Part shown: positions 19,495 through 28,804 of the stretch, piece by piece
How positions within the stretch are numbered: the stretch's first letter is position 1
How the letters are laid out: each line of letters opens with the position of its first letter
Assembly: GCA_965203905.1 (NCBI GenBank)
Contig: CBDBDQ010000005.1
Span: 1,600,001 to 1,664,000 of the forward strand
DNA: 64,000 nucleotides
Reading direction: 5' to 3'
Source of the DNA: Spirochaetia bacterium
GTDB lineage: Bacteria; Spirochaetota; Spirochaetia; SZUA-6; Bin103
Made by a program: the position numbers and the translations under genes
Notes under the pieces: model-generated
What the model was told of the DNA's origin: nothing
Seen by the model: only the letters and a program-made list of their open reading frames with translations
The model's database searches: none

Positions 19495-20565
19495 ATGAGA
19501 GTCTTCAGCGTTGGACCTGACGGCAGGTTCACCGAATACGAACAGTTGCCGTTCGAGGCCGATCACGTGGAATCCGAACTTGAGGAGTGGCTGGAGGCCA
19601 ATCCGGACGGGATTCTCGAGGATGGCCCGCTTCTGATCGTCGGGCGCCAGATCCCAACCGACCTCGGCAAGTCCATCGACCTGCTTGGTGTCGACCGCGA
19701 GGGCAATGTGGTGGTGGTCGAGTTGAAGCGGGACCGTACGCCGCGGGACGTCGTGGCCCAGGCGCTGGAGTACGCTGCGTTCGCCGCGCGCCTGGACGTC
19801 GACGAGTTGGAGGGTATCCTCGGCGAGTATCGCCCCGACGGAACGTCGGACCTGGCCGACCAGCACCGCGAGTACTTCGACCAGGCCGAAGCCGTCGCGT
19901 TCAACAAGGACCAGCGGATCGTGGTCGTCGGCCAGCAGGTGACGCCGGAGATCAGGCAGACGGCGTCGTTCCTGAACTCCAAGGGGATCCAGGTCACCTG
20001 CGTCGAGTTCACCTTCTTCCGGGACGCCGGCGGCCGCCGGCTGCTGTCCCAGGAGATCGTCGTCGGAAGGGAGCACGAGAAGCCGCGCGGCACCACCAAG
20101 CGTCAATCCGTCTTTTCGTCGGAGCGCGACTTCATGGATGCGTGCGACGAGCACGGCGCGGCCGTCTTTGCAAGGATCTTCGAATGGGCACGGGGCAAGT
20201 CCCTGAAGATCAACCTGGGGCCTGCCGGTTGCACAGTGAATGTCGTCGTGGATGGAAGGCCAGTGGCCGTCTGCAAAGCCAACTCGCTCAGAAGCAGGAG
20301 GTACGGACAGTCACTCAGTGCGACCTTGGGCAGTGATCGCTGGGGCATCCGGTCAATAGGGGCGCCCCGCAGGGTTGTCGATCGGCTCTGGAAGCGCGCG
20401 GAACAAACGGGACTGTTCGCGCGACCGGACGGCTTCAAAGACCTGACGTGTCCCATCGACCGCACGTTCGAGGAAACCGAAGTGGACGCTCTCGTTGCGT
20501 GGTGCGAGTCGATGGAGCAGGCGATCCGAGAGCACGCGGGCGCTCAGGTGCCTGGTAGACAGTAG
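19495..20565 (+). CDS. NucS/DUF91-like PD-(D/E)xK endonuclease domain protein
   Basis: 'ESELEEWL..NP', 'IDLLGVDREGNVVVVELKR', 'VAQALEYAA'; TATGAT -10 box upstream. Confidence 0.75.
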   Translation: MRVFSVGPDGRFTEYEQLPFEADHVESELEEWLEANPDGILEDGPLLIVGRQIPTDLGKSIDLLGVDREGNVVVVELKRDRTPRDVVAQALEYAAFAARLDVDELEGILGEYRPDGTSDLADQHREYFDQAEAVAFNKDQRIVVVGQQVTPEIRQTASFLNSKGIQVTCVEFTFFRDAGGRRLLSQEIVVGREHEKPRGTTKRQSVFSSERDFMDACDEHGAAVFARIFEWARGKSLKINLGPAGCTVNVVVDGRPVAVCKANSLRSRRYGQSLSATLGSDRWGIRSIGAPRRVVDRLWKRAEQTGLFARPDGFKDLTCPIDRTFEETEVDALVAWCESMEQAIREHAGAQVPGRQ

Positions 20566-20652
20566 GTATTGCCGGAAGTCAATCTGTGCGCTGGCGGATC
20601 CGGAAAGCGCACGCTCGGACCGTGGTCGCCGCCAGAGGACCGACGACCGCCT

Positions 20653-21171
20653 TCAACGAGAGTTCCTGAGCAGCGTCGCAGCCAGCGCGGTGCCGCCGGT
20701 CGCCACCGTCCCAATGATCGACGCGATCACGGCCCCGTGGAGGTTCACACCGATACCACCGCTGGCCGTCCAGTGGAACGGGACGGTCCAGAACCAGAGC
20801 ACGAGCGCCAAGTAGGACACGATCCACGTGAACGCCCCGACCAACACGGACTGCAGAGCCATCCTGAGCTGGTCTACCTGCCGGTGAGGGCGCCGCAGCA
20901 AGCCGGCAGCCAAGAACGTGACGGCCGCCGCCACCATGCCCAGCACGACCGACACGATGGCGGCGTAAACGTGGGGACCACCCATGCCCGGATCCGGGCG
21001 TGCATGGAACGCGGGATAGGTCCAGATCCAGAGTGCCACCGACAGGTACGCGATGAGCGCCGTGTAGGCGCCCAGCAGGGTTGCCAAAAAAAACGCGTGC
21101 GTCCACCAATTCGGACTCACGAGCGACCGACCGCCTTCGGCGGCACGCAGGCCCGTGTACCTGTTCGTCAT
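20653..21171 (-). CDS. Hypothetical membrane protein (about 4 TM helices)
   Basis: ORF with four hydrophobic stretches. Confidence 0.5.
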   Translation of the reverse strand: MTNRYTGLRAAEGGRSLVSPNWWTHAFFLATLLGAYTALIAYLSVALWIWTYPAFHARPDPGMGGPHVYAAIVSVVLGMVAAAVTFLAAGLLRRPHRQVDQLRMALQSVLVGAFTWIVSYLALVLWFWTVPFHWTASGGIGVNLHGAVIASIIGTVATGGTALAATLLRNSR

Positions 21172-21226
21172 GGCAGGCAAGCGTAACGCGGCGCGCTACA
21201 CGGCGCAAGCTTCTTTCGAGGCGGCC

Positions 21227-21421
21227 GCGCTGTACGACATTCTCAATGAGCAGCAGCCAGTGACGGCCGAGATGGCAGTTCGATTTGGCAAGCTATTCGG
21301 TAACGGCGCGGAATTCTGGGCGAACCTGCAACGCAAGCTATGACCTGACAGTCGCGGAACGCGCGGTGGACGTCTCCGGGATTCCAACTCTGGCGGTACG
21401 CGGATAGCTGGCCACATCCAC
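21227..21421 (+). pseudogene. Duplicated 3' part of higA plus downstream sequence, frameshifted
   Basis: Near-identical to about 22447-22639; 'cgcaagctatga' versus 'cgcagctatga' shows a 1-nt insertion. Confidence 0.85.
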
Positions 21422-21937
21422 CTCTACGGCACGGGCGACGCGGCCGCACTGTCGCTGCGTTCCCGGCGCGCCGAGCTGCGCCGCCGCGGCCGCGCCGGGA
21501 CCCTGCCGCTGATCGAGTTCAGCGAACAGGTGGAGCTGGTGCGGGAAGAGGAACGCTGGTCCGTGTATCTCGACTGTGCCGTCGGCTACACCATCCGCTT
21601 CCGCGCCGAAGTGCGCGAGCAGCGTCCCTTCGAGTTCGGCGTGGAGCCGGAGAGCATCATCCTCAAGCCCGGCGAGACCGGTTCCGCCGTGTTCCGCGCG
21701 CGCAACGTCTCCGCCGCCACCGTCAAGGCCAAGGCGGGACACCTGTTCGACCCGCCGGTGGCGTTCCTGCACACCGAGCTGGTGCAGTGCTTCTGCTTCT
21801 TCGAGGATACCTACGCCCCCGGTGAGGAGCGGCAACTCCCGGTTGCGATTCGCCTCGGCTGGTAGGTGCCCGCCGACATCGGCGAGATCACCATGCTATA
21901 CGAGTACTACCCCGTGGACCAGTTCCAGGACCGGCGC
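21422..21937 (+). pseudogene. Duplicated 3' half of the Cox11-domain gene with a premature stop
   Basis: Highly similar to about 18754-19268; TGG-TAG at 21860-21865 replaces TGG-GAG. Confidence 0.85.
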
Positions 21938-21995
21938 TCTTAGTCTTCGCTTCATGGCAGCCCGGAGGCTCGAGCACGTCAACCCATGGACGGAT

Positions 21996-22039
21996 GTAAG
22001 GTGATGCTTGACAATCTCGGCTTAGTCTCCTCACCTTAC
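21996..22039 (+). promoter_or_regulatory. higBA promoter with putative antitoxin operator
   Basis: TTGACA at 22008-22013 flanked by inverted repeat GTAAGGTGA (21996-22004) / TCACCTTAC (22031-22039). Confidence 0.6.
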
Positions 22040-22044
22040 CGTCG

Positions 22045-22323
22045 ATGATCGAAAGCATTCGGCACAAGGCGCTTCGGAACTACTGGACTACGGGCCAGAC
22101 GAAGGGTCTGAGTGCCGAGTGGATCCCGAAGCTGAGGCGGATCATGTCGGCGCTTGAAGCCGCCGACAAGCCGGAGCAGATGAACTATCCGGGGTCGTAT
22201 TTCCATCCCCTGAAGGGCGACCGAGCGGGCCGCTACGCGGTACGTCTTACGGCGAACGTGCGAGTTACGTTCGCATGGGATGACCACGGAGCGGCGGATG
22301 TGGACCTGGAGGACTATCATTGA
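22045..22323 (+). CDS. higB: HigB-type (RelE family) toxin
   Basis: 'MIESIRHKALR', 'FHPLKGDRAGRYAVRLTANVRVTF', 'VDLEDYH'. Confidence 0.9.
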   Translation: MIESIRHKALRNYWTTGQTKGLSAEWIPKLRRIMSALEAADKPEQMNYPGSYFHPLKGDRAGRYAVRLTANVRVTFAWDDHGAADVDLEDYH

Positions 22324-22625
22324 TGATCGAGAGGCACTCTTCCATAGACCCGGTACATCCCGGGGAGATCCTGCGTCAGGACATCCTGCCGGCGCTTGCG
22401 ATGAGCAAGACGGCCGTTGCGGCCGCACTCGGGGTGTCGCGGCAGACGCTGTACGACATTCTCAATGAGCAGCAGCCAGTGACGGCCGAGATGGCAGTTC
22501 GATTCGGCAAGCTATTCGGTAACGGCGCGGAATTCTGGGCGAACCTGCAACGCAGCTATGACCTGGCAGTCGCGGAACGCACGGTGGACGTCTCCGGGAT
22601 ACCAACTCTGGCGGTACGCGGATAG
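22320..22625 (+). CDS. higA: HigA antitoxin (Xre HTH)
   Basis: 'PVHPGEILR', 'LGVSRQTLYDIL', 'AEFWANLQRSYDL'. Confidence 0.9.
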   Translation: MMIERHSSIDPVHPGEILRQDILPALAMSKTAVAAALGVSRQTLYDILNEQQPVTAEMAVRFGKLFGNGAEFWANLQRSYDLAVAERTVDVSGIPTLAVRG

Positions 22626-22659
22626 CTGGCCACATCCACGTTCTCGATGCTGGACCGGG

Positions 22660-23523
22660 TCAGGCGCGCTGAGTGCGGTAGATCGTCTCCGGGGTGTTCT
22701 CGATCCGTGACCACCACAGGGCGAGGTCGAAGTCGGGATCGCCGGTGAGGTAGCGCCACAGGCGGATGCGGTTCATCACCTCGACACGGTGCCGCTGACC
22801 GTGCCAGGGGATCGTCTCGCTGAGGATCTTCGCGACCTCGAAGCGGGTCTCGGGATCGTCCAGGTCGCCGGTGTTCCACAGCCGCTGCTGGCGCACGGTG
22901 GGGTTTAGGCGCAGCTTGAACATGTAGCGGTCGCGGTCACTGTGGTTGCTGCGCGCCGCGTGCCACACGTTGGTGTGCCAGAAGAACATGGTGCCCGCCT
23001 CGCACACCGCCTGCACCTGGCCCAGCACGTCCTGGTAGCGGCGGGTGGTGGATTCGTACACGCGCCGGAACTGGCTGCCCGGCAGAAACAGCGTGCCGCC
23101 CGACTCGGCCGGCGTATCCTCCGGAAAAAAGGAGATCTGGATGTCGAAGTGCAGGCGGCGCACGTCGTACTCCGCGTCCTGGTGCAGATTGGCGCCCTTG
23201 CGGGTGTGCGCTGGCGTGAGGTGCGCGGCGTGGTGGTCGTAGCGCGGATCGGGTCCCACCAGGCTGTGGATGATCGCCGCCACCCGCGGCAGCCGGAACA
23301 CCCGCCCCAGCGCCGACTCCGGCTCGCTCCACACTTCGCGGAACGGCGCCGCGCCCTGCGCCCGGGCATGGCGGTGGCTGCCGGAGGCGATTTCCTGCGC
23401 CGCCTCCGCGCACAGGTCGCGCGGCACCAGGTCGTCGCAACGCAGCAGGCCGTCGCGCACGAAGCGGGCCATCTCGCGGCTGGTCAGCCGCAGGTCGGGA
23501 GCGGTGCCGTTGTGCTCAGCCAC
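22660..23523 (-). CDS. Phytanoyl-CoA dioxygenase (PhyH) family Fe/2OG oxygenase
   Basis: 'LHQD', 'GGTLFLPGSQ', 'NVWHAARSN..DR'. Confidence 0.85.
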   Translation of the reverse strand: MAEHNGTAPDLRLTSREMARFVRDGLLRCDDLVPRDLCAEAAQEIASGSHRHARAQGAAPFREVWSEPESALGRVFRLPRVAAIIHSLVGPDPRYDHHAAHLTPAHTRKGANLHQDAEYDVRRLHFDIQISFFPEDTPAESGGTLFLPGSQFRRVYESTTRRYQDVLGQVQAVCEAGTMFFWHTNVWHAARSNHSDRDRYMFKLRLNPTVRQQRLWNTGDLDDPETRFEVAKILSETIPWHGQRHRVEVMNRIRLWRYLTGDPDFDLALWWSRIENTPETIYRTQRA

Positions 23524-23818
23524 CGATCGCCTCCAGTTTCTCCAGAACGAATTCGAACTCCAGGTAGGAGAGGTCGTACTCCTGGCCCGGATTCGGCGGC
23601 CGCAGGTCGGGGTACTTGATCACCCGCCAGCCGTCGCGCATGGCATCGAGGACGGTGGCGTAGGGCGGCACCGCCTCGCCGGTGGCCTCGTAGGTCTCGT
23701 CGCTGGTGCCGTCGTACAGCGACCAAGCGACCACGTCGGTATCGGGACTGGAGTTGGCCGCGTACAGCACCAGCAGTTTCTGCCGCAGCTCTCCAAGGCC
23801 GTTGGGGCTCGCCGTCAT
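23516..23818 (-). CDS. Small hypothetical protein coupled to the PhyH gene
   Basis: 100-aa ORF 'LRQKLLVLY..WSLYDGT..PPYATVLDAMRDGWRVI..EFVLEKL' overlapping the PhyH start by 8 nt. Confidence 0.7.
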   Translation of the reverse strand: MTASPNGLGELRQKLLVLYAANSSPDTDVVAWSLYDGTSDETYEATGEAVPPYATVLDAMRDGWRVIKYPDLRPPNPGQEYDLSYLEFEFVLEKLEAIGG

Positions 23819-23934
23819 ACTTGAACTCACCCGTGACCGGGTGCCGGAGCCAGTCTGTACCACCCGCGCTGAATCGCGCAACGGGGTTCACAGCCGTCCC
23901 GGTCAGACCAATAATGCAATTCGCGGACAGGCAG

Positions 23935-26172
23935 ATGAAACGGCATCGATGGCAGGTTTCGCTGAACGGGAACTGGAAGTTCAAGACCGATCCCGACGTC
24001 ATGGGCGACGTCTCACCCGACGTGGTGCGCAACACCATCGGCGCCACGCAACAGGAGTGCAAGTTCTTCGACCCGGAGTTCGACGACCGCCACTGGGGCG
24101 AGATCACGGTGCCGGCGTGCTGGCAGGCGGAGGGGCACCTCTACAACGGGGTCGCCTGGTACCGGACCCGTTTCGACTACGCCGCCGGCGACGCAACCGT
24201 GGTACGGCTCGCCTTCCAGGGGGTGGACTACTTCGCCGACGCCTGGATCAACGGCTACTACCTCGGCTCCCACGAGGGGTTTTTCAACCACTTCACCTTC
24301 GATGTCTCACGCTGGATCCGGGACCGCGAAAACCTGCTGGTGGTGCGCGTGGAGTCGCCCAAGGACACCAACGTCAAGGTCGGCCCCAATGAAAAGACCC
24401 TGGTGAAGGGTGCGCTGCAGGACTGGGACTGCAACAACCTCGACATCAACCCCGGCGGCATCTTCGCCGACGTGCGCCTGATCGAGAGCCGCGCCATCGC
24501 CATCGAGCGGGTCAAGGCCACGCCTTACGTCGACGCCGACGGCAAGCAGGCGCGGGTGCACTGCAGGGTGACGCTGGTCAACCCGTCTCGCGAGATCAAG
24601 CAGATGGTGCTGTCCGCGCGCGTGGCGCCGGGCAATTTCGAGGGGCCGGAGAGCGGAACCGAGGCGGAGGTCCGGCACCTGGTACCGGGGGCCTCCGAGC
24701 ACGAGTTGTGGGTGGAGGTGGCCGAGCCGCGGCTGTGGTGGCCGTGGGACATGGGTGAGCAGCACCTGTACCGGTTTTCGGTCACGGCCCGTGCCGGCGG
24801 CGAGGTGCTGGACGAGGTGAGCGACCGCATCGGCCTGCGCCACCTGCGCCAGGTGCCGGGCACCTGGGAGTGCTACGTCAACGGCAAGCGCATCTTCTGC
24901 CGCGGCCCCAACTACCTGTCCGAGCAACTGCAGTCCAACATGTCGCGCGAGAAGTACGCAGCCGACGTACTCCTGATGCGCGAGGCCAACATGAACATGG
25001 TGCGCGTGTACTGCGTGGTGGAGAAGGAGGAGTTCTACGACGTCTGCGACGAACTTGGGATGCTGGTGCTGCAGGACTTCCCGGCCCAGGGCGCGCTGAG
25101 CGATACCAGCGACCTGGTGCGGCGCGCGGTGCCGCAGGCGCGCGACATGGTCAACCAGCTTTACCATCACCCGTCGATCATCACCTGGGCGCTGGGCGAG
25201 CAGCCGAGCATCGAGAACTTCGAGAAGCTGTGCCAGGCACTGGTGACCGCCACCGGCGAGGAGGATCCTTCGAGGTTCCTGCAACAGGGCGCCTGTGTCT
25301 GGGAATGGGAGATCGCCCGCCGCAAGTACGACTGGCCGATCGACTACCACCTGCTGTGCGGCTGGTTCCCGCCCGACATGAACTACCTGATCAAGCCGTT
25401 CCGCACCCTGCCCGCCTCCGAGGGCCCGGCTGGCGATTCGGTGGCGGATCTGGCGCTCAAGAAACGCGTCCTGCTGGAGTTCGTCGGGGAGTTCGGGTCG
25501 CCCGAGTCGCTGCCAAACCTGGAATCGCTGCGCCGGTTTCTGCCCGAAGAGGAGCTGTGGCCGCTGGACTGGAAGGCGCTGGAGCGGCGCTGCCTGCACG
25601 GCGCGATCCTGCGGCGCTGGATTCCCGAGCCGCAGAGCCTGCAACAACTGATCGACGACAGCCAGGGCTACCAAGCGTTCCTCTACAAGTACCACGTCGA
25701 GTTCTACCGCCGGCACAAGTTCGATCCCTGCAACGGCTGCCTGTTCTTCCACTTCAAGGACTGCTGGCCGGCGATCACCGCGTCGGTGGTGGACTACTAC
25801 GGGGTGAAGAAGAAGGCATACCACACGCTCAAGCATGCGTTCACTCCGCTGCACGTGATCATGGAGTGGCCGGACCTGGAGGGCGAAACCGCCGGCACGA
25901 CGCTGCGCAAGCGGGTGCACGTGGTGAACGACCTGCACCGTCCCCACGACTCGCTCACGGTCCAGTGGCGGGTCAGCGACGCCGCCGGCAGCGTCCAGGC
26001 CGCCGACAGCATCCCCTGCCGCGTTCCCGAGAACGGCATCGCCGACGTGGGCGAGGTGGCATGGCAGATCCCCGCGGACGCCGCCGAGCCATACCGGATC
26101 CGGCTCCGCCTCGACGCAGCCGACCAGCACGTGTCCGACAACGAGTACCTGGTCAAGGTACGCCCCGGGTGA
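23935..26172 (+). CDS. Glycoside hydrolase family 2 (beta-mannosidase-like)
   Basis: 'SLNGNWKF', 'FQGVDYFADAWING', 'PRLWWPWDMGEQHLY', 'ANMNMVRV', 'HHPSIITW'. Confidence 0.88.
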   Translation: MKRHRWQVSLNGNWKFKTDPDVMGDVSPDVVRNTIGATQQECKFFDPEFDDRHWGEITVPACWQAEGHLYNGVAWYRTRFDYAAGDATVVRLAFQGVDYFADAWINGYYLGSHEGFFNHFTFDVSRWIRDRENLLVVRVESPKDTNVKVGPNEKTLVKGALQDWDCNNLDINPGGIFADVRLIESRAIAIERVKATPYVDADGKQARVHCRVTLVNPSREIKQMVLSARVAPGNFEGPESGTEAEVRHLVPGASEHELWVEVAEPRLWWPWDMGEQHLYRFSVTARAGGEVLDEVSDRIGLRHLRQVPGTWECYVNGKRIFCRGPNYLSEQLQSNMSREKYAADVLLMREANMNMVRVYCVVEKEEFYDVCDELGMLVLQDFPAQGALSDTSDLVRRAVPQARDMVNQLYHHPSIITWALGEQPSIENFEKLCQALVTATGEEDPSRFLQQGACVWEWEIARRKYDWPIDYHLLCGWFPPDMNYLIKPFRTLPASEGPAGDSVADLALKKRVLLEFVGEFGSPESLPNLESLRRFLPEEELWPLDWKALERRCLHGAILRRWIPEPQSLQQLIDDSQGYQAFLYKYHVEFYRRHKFDPCNGCLFFHFKDCWPAITASVVDYYGVKKKAYHTLKHAFTPLHVIMEWPDLEGETAGTTLRKRVHVVNDLHRPHDSLTVQWRVSDAAGSVQAADSIPCRVPENGIADVGEVAWQIPADAAEPYRIRLRLDAADQHVSDNEYLVKVRPG

Positions 26173-26484
26173 GCGGCGGAGACGCGCCTGGCCCGCCTCG
26201 AAGGCCTATTCCAGCGGTGCGATCTACGTGTCCCCAAGAACAGGGAGCTGCTCGGCTATCGGTGCACGAAGTCGCTCTGCATCGACGGTGAGCGGATCGA
26301 CTTCGGCGGCGACGGCGTCCGCGACGCCGCCGACCCCTACCGGTAGTTGTGCGGTGCCGTCGAAAGGGCAGCGTTTGACGCCTCCGAAATGGCAAATTAC
26401 GTTTGTCTCCGGGGATCCGATGGCATGTGCGCGGCAGGTGGCGTGGCATGCGCATGGGGTCCGCCAGAATACGGGAGGAGATTC

Positions 26485-26760
26485 ATGACCACCGCAGATA
26501 TCGAGTCAAGGCTGAAGGAGCTTCACGGGCTGCCTACGCCGGTACGTTCGTGGATCGTCGCGATGGGTCCCGACTCTACAGACAACCCCGCGGTATGGGT
26601 GTGGATTGTCCTGGAGCGCGAGTTCGACGAAGTCGATCCCAGCGAACGGGCAGATCTGCGGGATCTTGTACGCGCTTCGGTGCGTGGCTGGGTTGGCGAT
26701 GAGGCGAATTGGGTGTACGTGCGATTCCACGACGGTGTCTTGTCCGGGTCAGTACCTTGA
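26485..26760 (+). CDS. Small hypothetical protein, probable antitoxin partner of the HEPN gene
   Basis: GGAGGAG RBS; TTGA overlap with the HEPN gene. Confidence 0.55.
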   Translation: MTTADIESRLKELHGLPTPVRSWIVAMGPDSTDNPAVWVWIVLEREFDEVDPSERADLRDLVRASVRGWVGDEANWVYVRFHDGVLSGSVP

Positions 26761-27254
26761 GCTTTCACAACGATCTGTTGCGCCAAGCTCGTCATCTTGC
26801 CACCAAGGAACCGAGACGGCCACTGCAGGCAAGCCTGCGGCGAGCGACATCGGCGGCCTACTATGCTCTCTTCCACTTGTTGGTCGATGAAGCGGTACGC
26901 CGCATGGTTTCTGCACCTTGGCTGCCACTTCGCGATTGCTTGAAGCGTGCATTCGACCACGGAAATATGAAGAAGGTGGCACAGCAGTTCGCGAATGCCA
27001 ACGTCGCTCCAAGGCTCAGTCCCGGACAGTCACTCCAGCCGGAACTCAGGAAGGTCGCTGAGACGTTTGTCGATCTTCAGGAGGCCCGTCATGAGGCAGA
27101 CTACAATACCGCGTGGCGGGCGACTCGTCCGGACACTGTGGGGGTGATTGAGCAGACGGAGCAGGCTTTTTCGGCTTGGCGGACCGTGCGACGTACCGTC
27201 CAGGCCGACACCTTTCTGGTAGGCCTGTTGGCCTATAACCAGATGCGCGGCTAA
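26757..27254 (+). CDS. HEPN domain protein (putative RNase toxin)
   Basis: 'LRRATSAAYYALFH' and 'LQEARHEADY' HEPN motifs. Confidence 0.75.
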   Translation: MSFHNDLLRQARHLATKEPRRPLQASLRRATSAAYYALFHLLVDEAVRRMVSAPWLPLRDCLKRAFDHGNMKKVAQQFANANVAPRLSPGQSLQPELRKVAETFVDLQEARHEADYNTAWRATRPDTVGVIEQTEQAFSAWRTVRRTVQADTFLVGLLAYNQMRG

Positions 27255-27311
27255 GCTGAGACGATCCGCTGCTGCTCGGGCACGAGACGGTGGACGTGGT
27301 CGAGAGTCGTT

Positions 27312-27530
27312 CGACTGTCTGCGGTGACCGTCGGCGAATACAAGCCGGAATCGAGATCACCCGGGAGTACGACAGTGCCAAGGCTGCAGAGATCGAAGCG
27401 TGGCTCAGCCAGATCTTGGGGTCACGTAGCGTAGTGCCGATGGATGCGACAGCGCGGATTATCAGGCGACCGGCATCACCGATGCGGTCCCGGACGCGCG
27501 GAGCTCGCTACACAACCAGTGCCGGCATAC
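27312..27530 (+). pseudogene. Fused remnants of a PIN/VapC middle segment and a DUF433-gene 5' segment
   Basis: 'LSAVTVGE/IQAGIEITRE..AKAAEIEAWL..VVPMDA' followed by 27451-27528, which resembles 31600-31677. Confidence 0.65.
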
Positions 27531-27633
27531 ATTCCACGAACGAGTACTGAGTAATTCCGTGTCTGTTGATAGGCAAGGCGGCCGCACAAGTGGCTATCTA
27601 CCCGGTTTGTCGCCAACGGCTCGTGGGTTCGAG

Positions 27634-28125
27634 TCAGTTGGAGTCGTGGAACAGGCGCCGGTCCCACCAGACGGGAGTCTCCAGACCGACCGTCAGGGCG
27701 GCGAACTCCCCGTGCCGAGTGTTGATGACGATGTTGCGCTCCATGCGTGCGACGACCGATGGGACGATCAGGATTGCGCAGCGATTCTCCGCATACCAGG
27801 CGCGCCCGAAGCGGCGGGCTGCTTCCCCACTCGCGTGGGCCCAGTTCGGGACCATATCCGCCGTTACCACTTCATAGCTGGTGCCCATTGGTATCGTGAT
27901 CTCGATGAAGTGCTGGTTCGGCGGCGGGACGCCGTTCCAGTGCGCGAGCATTTCCAGCATGGCGGTCGAGTAGGTTGCGGAGGCGTAGATTACTTCAGCG
28001 CCGGCCTCATGCCATCTGCCGGTGACGCGGCGCGCGCCTTCCGCGTTCCAGACCGGGAACTGACCCGCCGGATCGCCGATTCGATACGCGCGCATCGTCT
28101 CCGGAAGCGTTTGCGGCGTCGTCAA
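27634..28125 (-). CDS. RES domain toxin (NAD+ phosphorylase-like)
   Basis: 'AYRI', 'GRWH', 'IYAS..STAMLE', 'VPSVV..ERNIVIN' supply the R, E and S residues. Confidence 0.88.
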   Translation of the reverse strand: MTTPQTLPETMRAYRIGDPAGQFPVWNAEGARRVTGRWHEAGAEVIYASATYSTAMLEMLAHWNGVPPPNQHFIEITIPMGTSYEVVTADMVPNWAHASGEAARRFGRAWYAENRCAILIVPSVVARMERNIVINTRHGEFAALTVGLETPVWWDRRLFHDSN

Positions 28126-28613
28126 AGAGCTGTGCCGGCCTCCGCCCGGCGGATGAGATTGAGGACCGCTTCGGTGCCCGCCGAGCTGGAGCGCGCCATG
28201 TCGAACGGCGTCTCGCCGTCCAGCAGCGGATGTGGGCGGTTCAGGAACGCTTCGATCGCGTCCCGGTCACCGTGGTAGGCGCGGCTGACCGCATCGACGA
28301 CGCGTCCCACCTCGTAGAGCCGCTCGCTGAGCTGCCTCGACAGCGCCTTCCCGGCTTTGCGCACCCGCCTGAGCGTGGCCTCCGGGACCACCGGCCCGAC
28401 TACCCGGCTCCGGCCGAGCACCTCGGCCAAGGCGATGGCTGACGCCGGGAGCAATCCGCCGGAGACGATCCGCGCAAGCTGCACATCGCTCAGAATATCC
28501 GCTTCGTCTATCGCCAGAAGCATCGCGACCCGCGAAGCCTCGCTCGCCGGCACCTCGGTCGGGTCGGCATATACCTGCAGAGGTGCCGGCCGCCTGAATG
28601 ATGGAGGCGTCAT
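28122..28613 (-). CDS. Xre/MbcA/ParS antitoxin
   Basis: 'LSRQLSERLY', 'FLNRPHPLLDGETPFD'; 4-nt overlap with the RES gene. Confidence 0.88.
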   Translation of the reverse strand: MTPPSFRRPAPLQVYADPTEVPASEASRVAMLLAIDEADILSDVQLARIVSGGLLPASAIALAEVLGRSRVVGPVVPEATLRRVRKAGKALSRQLSERLYEVGRVVDAVSRAYHGDRDAIEAFLNRPHPLLDGETPFDMARSSSAGTEAVLNLIRRAEAGTAL

Positions 28614-28619
28614 ATGACG

Positions 28620-28649
28620 ATTGTACGGCGATCATTCGACGGTTCGCAA
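28620..28649 (-). promoter_or_regulatory. Sigma70-type promoter of the xre-res operon, probably leaderless
   Basis: TTGCGA-18 nt-TACAAT-6 nt-ATG on the minus strand. Confidence 0.6.
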
Positions 28650-28804
28650 TAGGGTAGCAGAACACGCGCGCGAACGGTTCGTCGCAGCAGGCCAGGCACC
28701 TCGGCGAAAGCGATAGTGTTATATTCGATGCTTCAAGGTGTCGCAGCCGCAGATCGGCTTCGCTGACGGCAGGGTTGACTTGGCTGCGTTTCCTGCGGTC
28801 GCTT

